The position numbers and the translations under genes were made by a program. Shown piece by piece: positions 29,374 through 40,108 of a stretch of DNA of 64,000 bases; within the stretch, counting starts at the first letter, position 1; each line of letters opens with the position of its first letter. Source of the DNA: an uncultured Phycisphaerales bacterium (GTDB lineage Bacteria; Planctomycetota; Phycisphaerae; Tepidisphaerales; Tepidisphaeraceae); assembly GCA_963755915.1 (NCBI GenBank), contig CAVWLP010000003.1:608001-672000 (forward strand), written 5' to 3'. The notes beneath the pieces are model-generated. The model made no database searches, had not been told where the DNA came from, and saw nothing but the letters and a program-made list of their open reading frames with translations.

Positions 29374-31285
29374 TCAGGCGAGGAAATCCAGCAACGAAAT
29401 CTGCATCGATTGCGCCGTTGTCTCCAGGCTGGCCTCAAGGGCCTGCTGAAGCGTCGTATACTGCGAGACTGCCTGTGTCATGTTCACGTCCTGCAAACTC
29501 GAAAGCAGCGTCTGGGTGGCGGTATTCTGCTGCTGAATCGCGGTTTGCTGGGTGGTTAGCTGCTTTTCGACGGCGCCGGTTTCGCCGTGGAGTTCGATCA
29601 CCCGGTTGATATCGTTGCTAATGTTTCCGCCGGCCTGGGTGATGGCCGTCTGGTTGCCAGACTGAAGGGCGGTCATGAGGGCCTGGAGGTTTCCAAATAT
29701 TCCCAGCGAGTTCTGGGCGCCGACGTCGGTGCCCGTGATGGTATTTCCCGCGGCGGCGACGTTGAGGCCAAGCTGCGACGCGGCATTGGAGTTGTTCAGC
29801 GGGGTCACCGTGAGGGTTCCCGTGCCGGTGGACGAATCGGTGAGAACGATGCCGCTTCCGGTGGTCGCAAGCGAAGCGGTAACGGTACCGCCGGTGGCGG
29901 TGTTGATGTCGTTGATAACGTCCTGCACGGTTTGAGCCCCATTAAGGGTGACGTTGAAGGTTGCGCCCGCCTGGTCGGTGATCTGAAAATCTGGCGTCCC
30001 GGCCCCGGCGGTTTGCACGCCGGCGCCGTTGTTGAGGGTTGAGAGCTGGGTGGAGAGCCCCATGGTCTGGAGACCCAGGTCGGCGGCGGTTGCCCCGCCG
30101 TTTTCACCGATGCTGAGGGAGGTTCCCTGGTTGGAGTTGAGAATGTTGATGCCGGTGCCGGCGGAGTTGATTTCAGCGACGACGCCGATGCCCGCGCCGT
30201 TGATGGCGTTGAGCATGTCCTGGACGGTGCCGGTGGGAGACCAGGTGATGGTCTTGGTTTGCTGCCCGTTGGTGATGACCAGGCCGGAATTGTCGATGCC
30301 TGCGCCGTCGTTGAGCGATGAGAGGGAAGTAAGGAGGGTAACCTGTGGATTGAGGGAGCTGCCGACAACGGGGGTGTTCGCGCCTGCGCCGGTGGCGGGG
30401 GTGGCGATCCCGAGGGTTTCGGCGGTGGAACCGGTGATGGTGATGTTGTCGGTGGGCGCACCGGAGATGGTTAGCCCCTGTCCGGTAATGGTGGCGGTGA
30501 TTCCGCCGACGGCTGCCTGATTGATGAGGTTGACGACGTCGCCGACGGTGGCGGCGGAGGAGAGATCGACGTTTTTCGTGACGACACCCTTGCTGAGGGT
30601 GAGGGAGCCAAGCTGGATGCCGGTGTTGGTCGGCGCCGCCGAGGGAGGAGAGGGGTGTGGTCGCGGAAATATCGGGGGCAAGGTCTGCGTTTCCATTGAC
30701 GCCAGTATCCAAAGCGCCAAAGACTTCAGCGCCATTGGACTGGGAGTCGACCTGGATTCCGTCGTTGATCTGGCTCTGGAGGGTGACAGCGCTTCCGACG
30801 AATTCGACGACGCCGTTGGATTCGACAAAGGGCTGGGTGTTCGCGGAAGCGCCGGCGAAAAGGTATTGCCCGTTGGATTGCTGGTTGGCGATGGCAAGGG
30901 CCTGGGTGTAAATGCTCTGGACGACGGTGGCATCGCTGGTGCGCTGGGTCTGGCTGACGTCGGAGCCCACGTCGGCGGAGGCGATCTGCTCGGCCTGCTG
31001 GAGAAGCGTCGTCAGATTTCCAAGGCTGGAATCGGTCTGCGACATCTGGGCGCTGACGCCGTTGATCGTGTCGTTGTAGCTGGCCTGGCGGTTGAGGGTT
31101 TGTTGAAGCTGGATGATGATGGCGGCGGCAGCGGGATTGTCGCTGGGCGTGTTGACGGCCAGGCCAGTCGAGAGCTCGTTTTGGATGGTCAGAAGCTGGG
31201 TCTGCGTGCCTGTAATCTGGGAGGTGAGCAGGCTGGACTGCATCAGGTTGCTGACGCGCGAAATTCCCGTGGGTACGACTGACAT
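29374..31285 (-). CDS. flgL: Hook-associated protein FlgL (frameshift near 30630)
   Basis: ELSTGLAVNTPSDNP, NGQYLFAG in one frame; LQDVNMTQAVSQY..ISLLDFL in the other. Confidence 0.9.
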
Positions 31286-31311
31286 GGGTTAAGCTCCTCT
31301 GGCTCCTCTCA

Positions 31312-33009
31312 TCATTCCACCATCTGGATAAGGGACTGCATCATCTGGTTGACCGTCGAGACAAACATTGCCGCGCCCTGGTAGCTGCGCTGCTCGCTGA
31401 GCATGTTGATGGTCTCCTGGTCGAGGCTCACACCGCTGACGTTTTGCTGCTGGGTCTGAAGCGTTTGCACGATGTCCTGGGTGGAGTTGACGTTGCTGGC
31501 GGCGGCGGCGGTGGTGTTGGCGATGTTGCCGATCAGGTTGTTGTAGGAATCGGTCCAGGACTGGTTGCCGAGAAGCGACTGGGTGGTTGAGGGAAATCCG
31601 GCGATGGCCAGGGCGTTGGAATTGTCGCCGGGGTCGCCGTTCTGGGAGGCGGCGATGAGGCTGGGGTCGTTGGCAACCTGCGAATTCACCGCAATGTCGC
31701 CCGCGTCGGTTCCCGTGAAAAAGCTGTTGATTCCCAGGGCCGCCAGGACGTGGTTGCTGTCCTGGCTGAAGCTGATCTGCATGCTTGGGTTGGTGGATGC
31801 GATCGTCAGTTGGCCGTTCTGGATGGTGGCGCTGACGTTGGGGATCGCGTTCAGGCTCGCCGCGAGGCTGTTCAGCGTTGTGTCCGTTGGCTGGCCGGTA
31901 AGGTTCACGGGAACGAGCGTGCTGCTGGCGAGGCCGGTTTGGGTGTTGGTGGTGGTGACGACGAAGCTGCCGTTAACGGGCTGGTAGGGAAGTCCCGCGG
32001 CGGTGGAGTTGAGGGCGGCGGTGGGGTCGAGGTCTTCATTTGTGGAAGAGACGCTGCTGTAGCCGTTGAGACCCTGGCCGCTGGCGTAGATGGAGTTGAG
32101 CCCGAAAATCAAACCACCGGCGAGGTTATTGAACTGCTGCTGCACCTGGTTGAGCTGCGTTTGGGCGGAGAGGTCTGCGCCAAGCTGGCCGCTGGTGGCC
32201 GGCACGGGGCCGTTGTCGGAGCCGAAGACCAGGGAATAGACGGGTTGATCGTTCACCTGATTTTCCTGCACCTGAATGCTGTCGGCCGTCGTGCCGACGA
32301 CGAGCGGCTCGGAGCCGATGTAGAGATTCACGGTGCCATTGCCCTGGTTCACGGTCTGGATGTTGACCAGTTGCGAGAGCTGCTGGACGGCGGCGTCGCG
32401 CTGGTCCTCAAGCTGGCTGTCGGAGCCGGCGGGTCCCTGGCTGGTCGAAATCTGCTGATTAAGCGTCGCGATCTGCTGGGCAAGCTGGCTGGCGTTGGCG
32501 GAAAGGGAGGTCAGGTCGCTGCCGATTGACGTCTGGATCGTCTGGAGTTGATTTTCGTAGCCGTTGAATTGCTGAGCGAGCGTTTGGCCGTCCTGAATGA
32601 TCGTCTGCCGCTGGGTGATGCTCGACGGGTCGTTGGCAAGCTGCGACCAGTCGTTGGTGAAAGTCGTAAGCTGGGAATCGAGGCTCTGGCTGCCGAGGGC
32701 GTTGAAGACGTTTTCGATCTGGCCGCTGAAATTCTGGGTGGTGGTGGCGGCCTCGTTGTCGCTCATGGCGGAGTTGAGGCGGCCGTTGAGCGATTCATCG
32801 ACCTGGCGCTGGATGGCGGTGATATCGACGCCGGTGCCGACGTACATCCCCGGCTGAAGTTCCTGATCCGGGGTTTCGCTGGCGACGGCAACTTCGCGGG
32901 TATAATTGGCGTTGCCGACGTTGGCGATGTTATTGCCGGTTACCTGGAGCGCAATCTGGCTCGCCTGAAGAGCCGAACCGGCGATGTTGAGTGCTCCGTT
33001 GAGGGACAT
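31312..33009 (-). CDS. flgK: Hook-associated protein FlgK
   Basis: TGNNIAN..NYTRE; SGVSLDQETINM..QRSYQGAA. Confidence 0.95.
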   Translation of the reverse strand: MSLNGALNIAGSALQASQIALQVTGNNIANVGNANYTREVAVASETPDQELQPGMYVGTGVDITAIQRQVDESLNGRLNSAMSDNEAATTTQNFSGQIENVFNALGSQSLDSQLTTFTNDWSQLANDPSSITQRQTIIQDGQTLAQQFNGYENQLQTIQTSIGSDLTSLSANASQLAQQIATLNQQISTSQGPAGSDSQLEDQRDAAVQQLSQLVNIQTVNQGNGTVNLYIGSEPLVVGTTADSIQVQENQVNDQPVYSLVFGSDNGPVPATSGQLGADLSAQTQLNQVQQQFNNLAGGLIFGLNSIYASGQGLNGYSSVSSTNEDLDPTAALNSTAAGLPYQPVNGSFVVTTTNTQTGLASSTLVPVNLTGQPTDTTLNSLAASLNAIPNVSATIQNGQLTIASTNPSMQISFSQDSNHVLAALGINSFFTGTDAGDIAVNSQVANDPSLIAASQNGDPGDNSNALAIAGFPSTTQSLLGNQSWTDSYNNLIGNIANTTAAAASNVNSTQDIVQTLQTQQQNVSGVSLDQETINMLSEQRSYQGAAMFVSTVNQMMQSLIQMVE

Positions 33010-33020
33010 AATTCAGCCAA

Positions 33021-33514
33021 TCAGCCGACGGCATCCATAACGCCGATTCGCTCGGCAACGCTGGGAATTCCGCGCCGGGTGTAGAGTCCGGCCCGCTGCG
33101 CGGCGCCGGCGAGAATTCGCAGGACGGTGTTCAGATGACCAAGCACGGCGGAGGCCAATCGGCCCGAGCCGTGCGAACGATGGGAGATTTTTGCAGCGAG
33201 ATCGCGCAGGTCATTGCGGGCTTTCAGCAGCGCCGGGGCATAGCAGAGGAAAGAGCTCGGCGATTTTGGTAAGCCGCGGCTCCTGGGGAAGCTTGAGGGT
33301 GGCGGTGAGCTGGCGCATGACCATCCGGCGCTTGTTTTCCAGCTCGCCGATGCGAAGACGGGTGCATTCCTGGCGGGGCATGAGATCGGCCATGGCGCCG
33401 AGGTTGAACTTTTTCATCGCGACGTGCTGATGCTCGAGCTGCTGGAGCAGCTGGCGAGTATTCGGCAGTGAGCTGCGAGAGGATTGCCTGGAGATCAGTA
33501 ATAAGTCGAGACAT
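33021..33514 (-). CDS. flgN: Flagellar export chaperone FlgN-like (frameshifted)
   Basis: Helical protein between flgJ-like and flgK; C-terminus ...GLYTRRG...MDAVG. Confidence 0.6.
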
Positions 33515-33568
33515 GACTGGCTCCCATGGATCGTGCCCGCATGCGATCGGCGCCTTCGCGTTCAGCTT

Positions 33569-33914
33569 TTATCTTCTCCGGCCGACTGGCGGGCGTAGGC
33601 TTTCCCGCCTTCGATCTTGCGAACGATGGATTGAACGAGCGTATCGGAAGCGCCGCTGGCTCATTTTTTCCGCGAGACGTTCATCGAACATTGTGCCAAA
33701 CGCCTTTCCGGCGTCGCCGCCGTCGAATAGTTTGCTGTGGAACGGGTCATTGCGCATCGCATCGAGCATGGGTTCGAAGAAGGAGATGGCGACCCACTTG
33801 CGCGTCTGCTGGATAAGTTTGTCGTGGCTGCGACATGGGGCCGCGCGTATCGAGGACAATGGGGTTTGACGCTCCGCGTCGTTGGGTTGGCATAGGTTGA
33901 AACGCCGTGTTCAT
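33569..33914 (-). CDS. flgJ: FlgJ-like rod-binding protein (frameshifted; 3' end uncertain)
   Basis: FFEPMLDAMR..FDGGDAGKAFGTMFDERLAEKMS; follows flgI. Confidence 0.65.
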
Positions 33915-33916
33915 GA

Positions 33917-34997
33917 TTACTCCTCGATCAACTCCGCGTGAAGTTTTCCGGTTTTGTAGAGCTCCTCGATGATCTGGATGCGGTCATCCGCGGGAACTTT
34001 GAGCTGCTCCATCGCATCGACGAGGTCCTGAAGGTTGGCCGTTCCCTGGTCCGTCGTGGAAATGGCGAATGGCCTCGTGATCGGTCACAACGGGATTGCG
34101 CGGCGTGGGCTGGGGAGGGGGCATGATCGTGGAGATCGAAAGGCCGTTGTGGCAGATAACGACGGGGCTGATTTCGACGTCGCCGGTCATAATGATCGTT
34201 CCTGTTTTCTGGTTGATCGTGACGCGCGCCTGGGTGGCGAGCATCTGGACGGGCAATTGCTGGATGCGGGCGATGAAGCTGTCCGGGTGTTCGCGCTCGC
34301 TTTGCGGGATGGTGACGATGATATTTTTGCCGTCGATAGCGCTGGCGAGGGTTTCACCGTCCGAGGCTTCGGAATCGTTGATGATCTTGGCGATCCGGCT
34401 GGCTGTTCCCCAGCTCGAGGAATATTCATCGAGGATGAGCGTGAAATGCCCGCCGGAATCGATGACTTTCGCGGGAAGATCGGCTTCCATGACCGCCCCA
34501 CCGGCGGCGCCGCGGATGACGCCGACCGTGGGCGTGCTGGGGTCTTCGATGGTGATCGGCCCTTCGGCCAGCGCCAGTAGCGGCCCGCCGGGTATGGGAC
34601 CCTGCATGGGGGTGACGAAGAGCCGGCCGCCGTGAAGGCTGGCGGCGGCGCCGACACTGGAGATGTTGACGTCGAGGTGATCGCCGTCGCGCGCGCCCGA
34701 GGCGGGGACGGTGGCGGTGACCATCACCACGGCGACGTTGGCCGCATTGGCGAGCTGCTGGACGGTGACGGGATCTCCAAATTTGCCGAGCATGGAGCGA
34801 AGGGGCGCGATCGCGGGCGTAAAGCCGCCGCCGTCGCCGGTGCCTTTCAGGCCGTACACCAGGCCAAGACCGGTGAGGACGTTGGTCCGCTCCCCACCGA
34901 TGCGAGTGATGTCGGCGACCTTGACGGCGCCCGCGGGCGGCGCGATCAGGGCGATCGCCGCCAGCAAAACTGAAAGTGGAAAGAGTCGTTTAGTCAT
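33917..34997 (-). CDS. flgI: Flagellar P-ring protein FlgI (frameshift near 34060)
   Basis: LTGLGLVYGLKGTGD, NVAVVMVTA, SLHGGRL, INQKTGTII; shifted C-terminus ...KTGKLHAELIEE. Confidence 0.92.
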
Positions 34998-35012
34998 TCG
35001 CGGTAACCGTCA

Positions 35013-35819
35013 TCAGAAAAAGTGAAAGAAGTCCAATACTCGATAAAGAATGCTGCGATTGTTGGCGTCCTTCACGGCGCCCTTGTTCTGCTTGTTCAAG
35101 GTGAGGTTGAAGAGCTGATTACTGATAATCGTGTTGGCGGCAGTAATGTCTTCGACGCGGCAGGTGCCCAAAAGAGTGAGCTTCTGATCTTCTGAGTCGG
35201 TCTTGATGTCTTCGGTGGCCTCGAGGATCAAGGTGCCGTTGGGCTTTACGTCGACGACCTCGGCGGTAATGCGACCGGTGAAGGTGTCCTGGCGCTGGAT
35301 GTTTCCGTTGCCCTGGAACTGCCGATTAGTGCTTCCCTCGATTTGGATTGGGGTCGCGGGCGCATGCTCGACAAGGGAGAGCCCGCCGCCTGCACTTCCG
35401 AGCATGACGTAGCTGTTGAGCAGCGCGTCGAGATTATTTTGGCGCGAAAGGTCGGTGACGTCATTGTTCATCACGGCGCTGGATTCAGCGATGACGATGG
35501 TGACCAGGTCGTGTTTTTTGAGGAGCTTTGGCTTGGGCTCCGGGACGTCGTAAAAACTCGCCGAGGCGGTGGTGACGGCGGCGGAATCTTCCTGTCCCAT
35601 GGTTTCGGCGCGAAGGAGCGAGCCGCCGGAGCGCTGCACGCCAATGCCAATGGGAATCGGCGGCGAATCGGCATCCACCGAGGTGATGCCCGCGGCCGCC
35701 GGAGACGTTGTGTACGCGGATTGATTTTCCTGCGGCGCGTTTTGCGCCAGCGTCGGCCAGGCGATGGAAATGGCGCCTGCGGCTGCGATCGAGAGGAGGG
35801 CTCGGGATTTATTTGGCAT
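35013..35819 (-). CDS. flgH: Flagellar L-ring protein FlgH
   Basis: DLVTIVIAESS, ITAEVVDVKPNGTLIL, RVEDITAANTIIS. Confidence 0.9.
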   Translation of the reverse strand: MPNKSRALLSIAAAGAISIAWPTLAQNAPQENQSAYTTSPAAAGITSVDADSPPIPIGIGVQRSGGSLLRAETMGQEDSAAVTTASASFYDVPEPKPKLLKKHDLVTIVIAESSAVMNNDVTDLSRQNNLDALLNSYVMLGSAGGGLSLVEHAPATPIQIEGSTNRQFQGNGNIQRQDTFTGRITAEVVDVKPNGTLILEATEDIKTDSEDQKLTLLGTCRVEDITAANTIISNQLFNLTLNKQNKGAVKDANNRSILYRVLDFFHFF

Positions 35820-35834
35820 CTTCGGTCAGACCTT

Positions 35835-37040
35835 TCAATTGTCGGACTCGGGGTTGTCACTGAGGTTCGCCTCCTGCGGGCCGGTGACGGTTACGTCCAT
35901 AACGTCGCGTGTGTTTTCCTTGCGCACGCGAATGGTTTGCCCCATGGCGCCCTCCTCCATGGCGCGGGCGACGGAGCGCAGCTCGATCGTCCCCTTGCGG
36001 AGGGTGATGGTGACCAATTGACCTGGCTTCACGAGGGGAACGGGATCGACAAGCTGCGCGTTCATGATGGTGCCGGGCTCGAGCTGCTCGGCGGCCTCCT
36101 GGCCGACGCACTGGTCGACGCTGAGCAACTGATGCTCGGGCATGGAATCGACAAGGATGCGATGCGTGGCGAAATCGGTGGCGTCCAGCACGGTATGCGC
36201 GGGAATCGGCTTGGCGACGATGGTCTGGTTTTCCCACGCGCGGGCGACGGCCGTAAGGTGCACTTTCTTGTTGGCGTTGTCGGTGTAAATCGTCACGTCC
36301 CAGGAGACGTTGCCGAGGGCCAGGGCGCGGGACGGGATGACATCGAATTTGAAGACCGGCTCAGAGAGGGAGAGGATACGATTCTCGTCCTGGCCGAAAT
36401 CGAGCTGAAGCGTTTCGGCGGGAATGTTGAGCCGCTGACTGAGATCGGTGACGAGCAGATCGCGGAGGCAGTGGAAAGCCTGATCCGGCCTGGGCTCGGT
36501 GTCGGACGCAAGCACCGGGTTTCCCTTTGCAGGATCGGGCGCCTGCTGGGTGTCGAGCCATTGCTGGACGTTTTGCCCGGTGCTGCCGGGGCCGTCGGTG
36601 CGGGTGATCGAGCAGATGGTAGCGCCGGTGAAGTTGATCATAGCGATGTTCACACCGGCTTCGTGCAGGGTTTCGCGAACGTCATCGACGGCCACGGTGC
36701 GGAAAGATGCGCCGTCGTCGAAATGAAGGACTTTCAGATCGGCGATGGGGGTGAAGATGGGTCCGTCGCCGTCGGACCAGCGGCAGATTTGCTTGAGCGT
36801 GACATCGGCGCCGGAGATGTTGGCGTCTTCGCGCAGTTCCAGCGTTCCGCTGGGCGTGGAATCAGTGTTTTGCGGGACGAATTTTTCCTGCCCCGGCGCA
36901 TCGGACATCGCGTCCAGCGGCGGTGTAACGTCCTGGCCGAAGCCCCATTGGTGCATGAGGGTTTGCGTCGCCCAGGCGAGGAGGGTGAGGAGGATCAGGA
37001 ACTGGACCTGCTTTTTCTTGGTTAGCCTGCGATTATTCAT
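35835..37040 (-). CDS. flgA: P-ring formation chaperone FlgA
   Basis: LVKPGQLVTI..ARAMEEGAMGQTIRVR (SAF domain); between flgG and flgH. Confidence 0.88.
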   Translation of the reverse strand: MNNRRLTKKKQVQFLILLTLLAWATQTLMHQWGFGQDVTPPLDAMSDAPGQEKFVPQNTDSTPSGTLELREDANISGADVTLKQICRWSDGDGPIFTPIADLKVLHFDDGASFRTVAVDDVRETLHEAGVNIAMINFTGATICSITRTDGPGSTGQNVQQWLDTQQAPDPAKGNPVLASDTEPRPDQAFHCLRDLLVTDLSQRLNIPAETLQLDFGQDENRILSLSEPVFKFDVIPSRALALGNVSWDVTIYTDNANKKVHLTAVARAWENQTIVAKPIPAHTVLDATDFATHRILVDSMPEHQLLSVDQCVGQEAAEQLEPGTIMNAQLVDPVPLVKPGQLVTITLRKGTIELRSVARAMEEGAMGQTIRVRKENTRDVMDVTVTGPQEANLSDNPESDN

Positions 37041-37070
37041 TGGGGCCTCTCATCCATGAGATGCGTGCGT

Positions 37071-37880
37071 TTAGGAGCGTCTGAGGTTGGTAATGGTTTC
37101 AAGTGCCTGGTCGGCCGTCTGGATCGACTGGCTGTTAAGCTCGAACGCGCGCTGGGTCTGGATGAGCGTGACGAGTTCGTTAACCGGATCGACGTTGCTG
37201 GCCTCAAGAAAGTTCTGGAGAAGCGTGCCGCCTCCCTGGGTGCCGGGGTTTCCGATGATCGGCGGCCCGGAGGCCTGGGTTTCCTGATAAAGGCTGCCGC
37301 CCAGAAGCTGCAATCCCTGGGGATTGACGAACTGGGTGATCTGGAATTGGCCGAGCTGTGTCGGGGCGGTTGCACCCGGTTGAATGCCGGTGATGGTGCC
37401 GTCCTGGCCGATCTGGATATTGGTGACGCCGGTGGGGATGGTGATCGGCGGATCGAGCTGGTAACCATCGCCCATGCCCAGGACGAGCTGGTTCTGGTTG
37501 TTGACGAAGAATTGTCCGTTGCGCGTGTAGGCGGTCCCGTCTCCGAGGGAGCTGAGGACTTTGACGCGGAAGAATCCCGGACCCTGGATGCCGACGTCGA
37601 GATTGTTGCCGGTGCTCTCCATGCTGCCTTCGGTGAGATCGAGCTCGGTGTTGCTGATTCGGGTTCCGAGGCCGACGAAGATGCCGGAGGGGGAGATATC
37701 GCCGTTGCCGCTGGTGGTGCCGGGGGCTTTGAGGGTCTGGTAGAAGAGATCCTCGAAATTGACGCGGCTGCCCTTGAAGCCCGTGGTTTCGGCGTTGGCG
37801 AGATTGTTGGCGATCACGTCGATTGCAGTGGAAAGTCCCTGCAATCCAGTGGCGGCGGAATGAAGCGCGGTAATGGCCAT
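37071..37880 (-). CDS. flgG: Basal body rod protein FlgG
   Basis: IANNLANAETTGFKGSRVNFEDLFYQ; YTRNGQF; LEASNVDPVNELVTLIQTQRAFELNSQ. Confidence 0.96.
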   Translation of the reverse strand: MAITALHSAATGLQGLSTAIDVIANNLANAETTGFKGSRVNFEDLFYQTLKAPGTTSGNGDISPSGIFVGLGTRISNTELDLTEGSMESTGNNLDVGIQGPGFFRVKVLSSLGDGTAYTRNGQFFVNNQNQLVLGMGDGYQLDPPITIPTGVTNIQIGQDGTITGIQPGATAPTQLGQFQITQFVNPQGLQLLGGSLYQETQASGPPIIGNPGTQGGGTLLQNFLEASNVDPVNELVTLIQTQRAFELNSQSIQTADQALETITNLRRS

Positions 37881-37911
37881 TCGAAGTGCCTACGTTGCGA
37901 AGATTCCTGGA

Positions 37912-38673
37912 TTAACTGACTCGGCCGACGTCGTTCACGAGCTTGTCGAGGGTTTCATCCTGAATGTGCATCATGTTGGCGTTGGCCTCGAGCTGGCGCT
38001 GGGCCTCCATCAGATCCGTGAGCTCGATGGCCGGGTCGACGTTCGAGCGTTCGATGAAACCGCTGCGCACCGTGGGGGTTGCCGCCTGGAGGGCGCCGCC
38101 GTCGGCGGGAAGACCCAGTAGCGTGTTTCCCGCCTTCGTCAACCGCGTCGGATCGGCGATGCTGAATAGTCCGAGGCGATCGACCACCTTGCCGTTCTGG
38201 GTAATCGTTCCGTCCGCGGAAATGGTAGCCGGATATTGCATGTCGAGATTGATCGCTTTCTGGCGGTAATCGAGAAACGTCTCGGTTGGATCGTTGGAGA
38301 GAGCAAGCTGCCCGTTGCGGTTGACGACCATCTGGCCGTTGCGGGTGAGGTGGGTCTGATTCCCCTTGCTGACGGCGAGAAACCCGCGTCCCTGGAGGGC
38401 GACGTCGAGATTGTTGCCGGTCGGCTCGATTTCGCCGGCTCTGGAATCGACAACGGTGTCGGCGGCAAGGAGGCCGCCCCCGATGGGCTCGAGCAGGGGG
38501 TTGGTCTGGCCGTCGCGGCCAAGTTCCTGTGCGGCGGTTGGGCGCTGCTGGAGGAGGGCGAGGTCTTTCTTGAAGCCAACGGTTTCGGAGTTGGCGATGT
38601 TATTGGCAATGACGTCCTGCCGGTAGGAACTGGTCAGGACGCCGGAGGCCGAGAGGTAAAGGCCGTAAATCAT
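37912..38673 (-). CDS. flgF: Basal body rod protein FlgF
   Basis: MIYGLYLSASG..IANNIANSETVGFKKD; TGNNLDVAL; IERSNVDP. Confidence 0.9.
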   Translation of the reverse strand: MIYGLYLSASGVLTSSYRQDVIANNIANSETVGFKKDLALLQQRPTAAQELGRDGQTNPLLEPIGGGLLAADTVVDSRAGEIEPTGNNLDVALQGRGFLAVSKGNQTHLTRNGQMVVNRNGQLALSNDPTETFLDYRQKAINLDMQYPATISADGTITQNGKVVDRLGLFSIADPTRLTKAGNTLLGLPADGGALQAATPTVRSGFIERSNVDPAIELTDLMEAQRQLEANANMMHIQDETLDKLVNDVGRVS

Positions 38674-38909
38674 GGGGCCTCGCTTTCGGCGGCCGCGGGG
38701 AAAGCCGCGGCGAAGGTGGAGGAGGAGCGTGCGCCATCCGTGGCCGCTTCTCCTTCGTGATCGGCTCCGCCGACCAGATGAAAACCGGAGGGGGGTAAAT
38801 CGAGCGACAGTTGAAGATGCAACAAGGCCGCGAGTTGTGCGGCCTCGACGATTCGCATGCCGAGATCCCTGGGCAGGTCCATACGCATTTGCTCCGCAAA
38901 AAGACCCAA
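38670..38909 (-). CDS. Small hypothetical ORF coupled to flgF
   Basis: 79-aa ORF whose TGA overlaps the flgF ATG (ATGA); lies between the sigma54-like site and flgF. Confidence 0.35.
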   Translation of the reverse strand: MGLFAEQMRMDLPRDLGMRIVEAAQLAALLHLQLSLDLPPSGFHLVGGADHEGEAATDGARSSSTFAAAFPAAAESEAP

Positions 38910-38924
38910 CGTCCGGCGAGGCTA

Positions 38925-38941
38925 AACAAGTGGCGTGCCAA
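38925..38941 (-). promoter_or_regulatory. Sigma54-like -24/-12 promoter of the flg operon
   Basis: Minus strand TTGGCACGCCACTTGTT versus consensus TGGCAC-N5-TTGC (one mismatch). Confidence 0.55.
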
Positions 38942-39111
38942 GGGGGATTATGGGCAGCGGAGAACGGGACGATTGCGACGACAGGATGTCGCAACTTGTT
39001 TGTTCAGTTGTACTTACAAAAATAGCGGCTGCCGGCTTTTTGAGGCGGGAAGAAATGTGGCTGGATTGGGGAACTGGAGCGGAAACTGCGTTAGGAAGGG
39101 CAAAATCTGCG

Positions 39112-39981
39112 TCATGGAGAGCCGGGAATTGACTGGGAGAGTTTGTCGATCAGCGGCTGGCGATCTTCGGGGGAAAGAGGCTGGAGGGTGATGTTGATCT
39201 GGCCATTGTCGAGGGTGATGGCGCTGAGTTTGACGGGTAAGCCTCGGTTTAGGTGAGCCAGATCAAATGGAATGATAAGGTTGGAATCCGCAGGCTGGCC
39301 GGAAAGGCCGGCGAGCAATAACCGGATCCAGCACGAGGCAAGGGCGTAGCCGTTGGCGGTCATGGTGCGATCGATGTTCACGTAGGGCAGTTCGTTGGAG
39401 AGCTGGTCCTGAAGGATGACTTCAAGCCGCTGGAAATAGGGTGCAGCGGCGGATTGGGGAATGGGAAGCATGCCGGCGCAAAGCGCGGCGATCGACAGGT
39501 GAAAATTCTGCTGATCGTCAACCGAGGCGGCGAACTGGGCGCTGACCAGGGATCCCAGCGACGGGGATTGCCCCGCAAGAATGATCCCGCCGCTGGTAAA
39601 GAAAACCCGCCCACCGGTGAAATAGCGGGACATTCGCTCGTCCCAGTCGCCGCTTTCGGGGCCATTCCAGGAAGCGAACAGGGCATTGACCTCGTCATCG
39701 CTGAGCGTGACCGTTTTCGGCCCGACCGGCACTTCATCGGGGCTTGAAATTCCCTTCGAATCGCGAACCTGCTGGGCCTGGGCACTGGCCGCCCAACTGA
39801 AAAGGTCGAGCAATTTCTGGTCGGCGCTGTTGGCGGCGTCTTTGATCTCCTGATCGCTCGCCGGTGGGGGACGATACCAGCTTGGCGTGCCGTGATACAG
39901 GTAGAGTCCGATAACACACAGCACGATCGTGATCGTGACCAGATAGATGACGTAGTAATAGAGCCGCTTGCGCCATTTCAT
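39112..39981 (-). CDS. Hypothetical membrane-anchored protein
   Basis: Basic N-terminus plus one TM helix; intact 289-aa ORF. Confidence 0.7.
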   Translation of the reverse strand: MKWRKRLYYYVIYLVTITIVLCVIGLYLYHGTPSWYRPPPASDQEIKDAANSADQKLLDLFSWAASAQAQQVRDSKGISSPDEVPVGPKTVTLSDDEVNALFASWNGPESGDWDERMSRYFTGGRVFFTSGGIILAGQSPSLGSLVSAQFAASVDDQQNFHLSIAALCAGMLPIPQSAAAPYFQRLEVILQDQLSNELPYVNIDRTMTANGYALASCWIRLLLAGLSGQPADSNLIIPFDLAHLNRGLPVKLSAITLDNGQINITLQPLSPEDRQPLIDKLSQSIPGSP

Positions 39982-40108
39982 ATTGACCGCAGCATTTTAC
40001 CGTCACATTCGACACATGTGTTACAGGCGAGAGGCGGAGGAGGATTACGCCTGTGGAAAAAGAGCACAATTGAAAGCGCCCAGCGGCAATGGGGGTAGAT
40101 TGGAGGCA

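Noticed and set aside
28446-37025. Long antisense ORFs (for example 28446..29609 and 35343..37025)
   Set aside because: Shadow frames of high-GC genes on the opposite strand, with no recognisable motifs.
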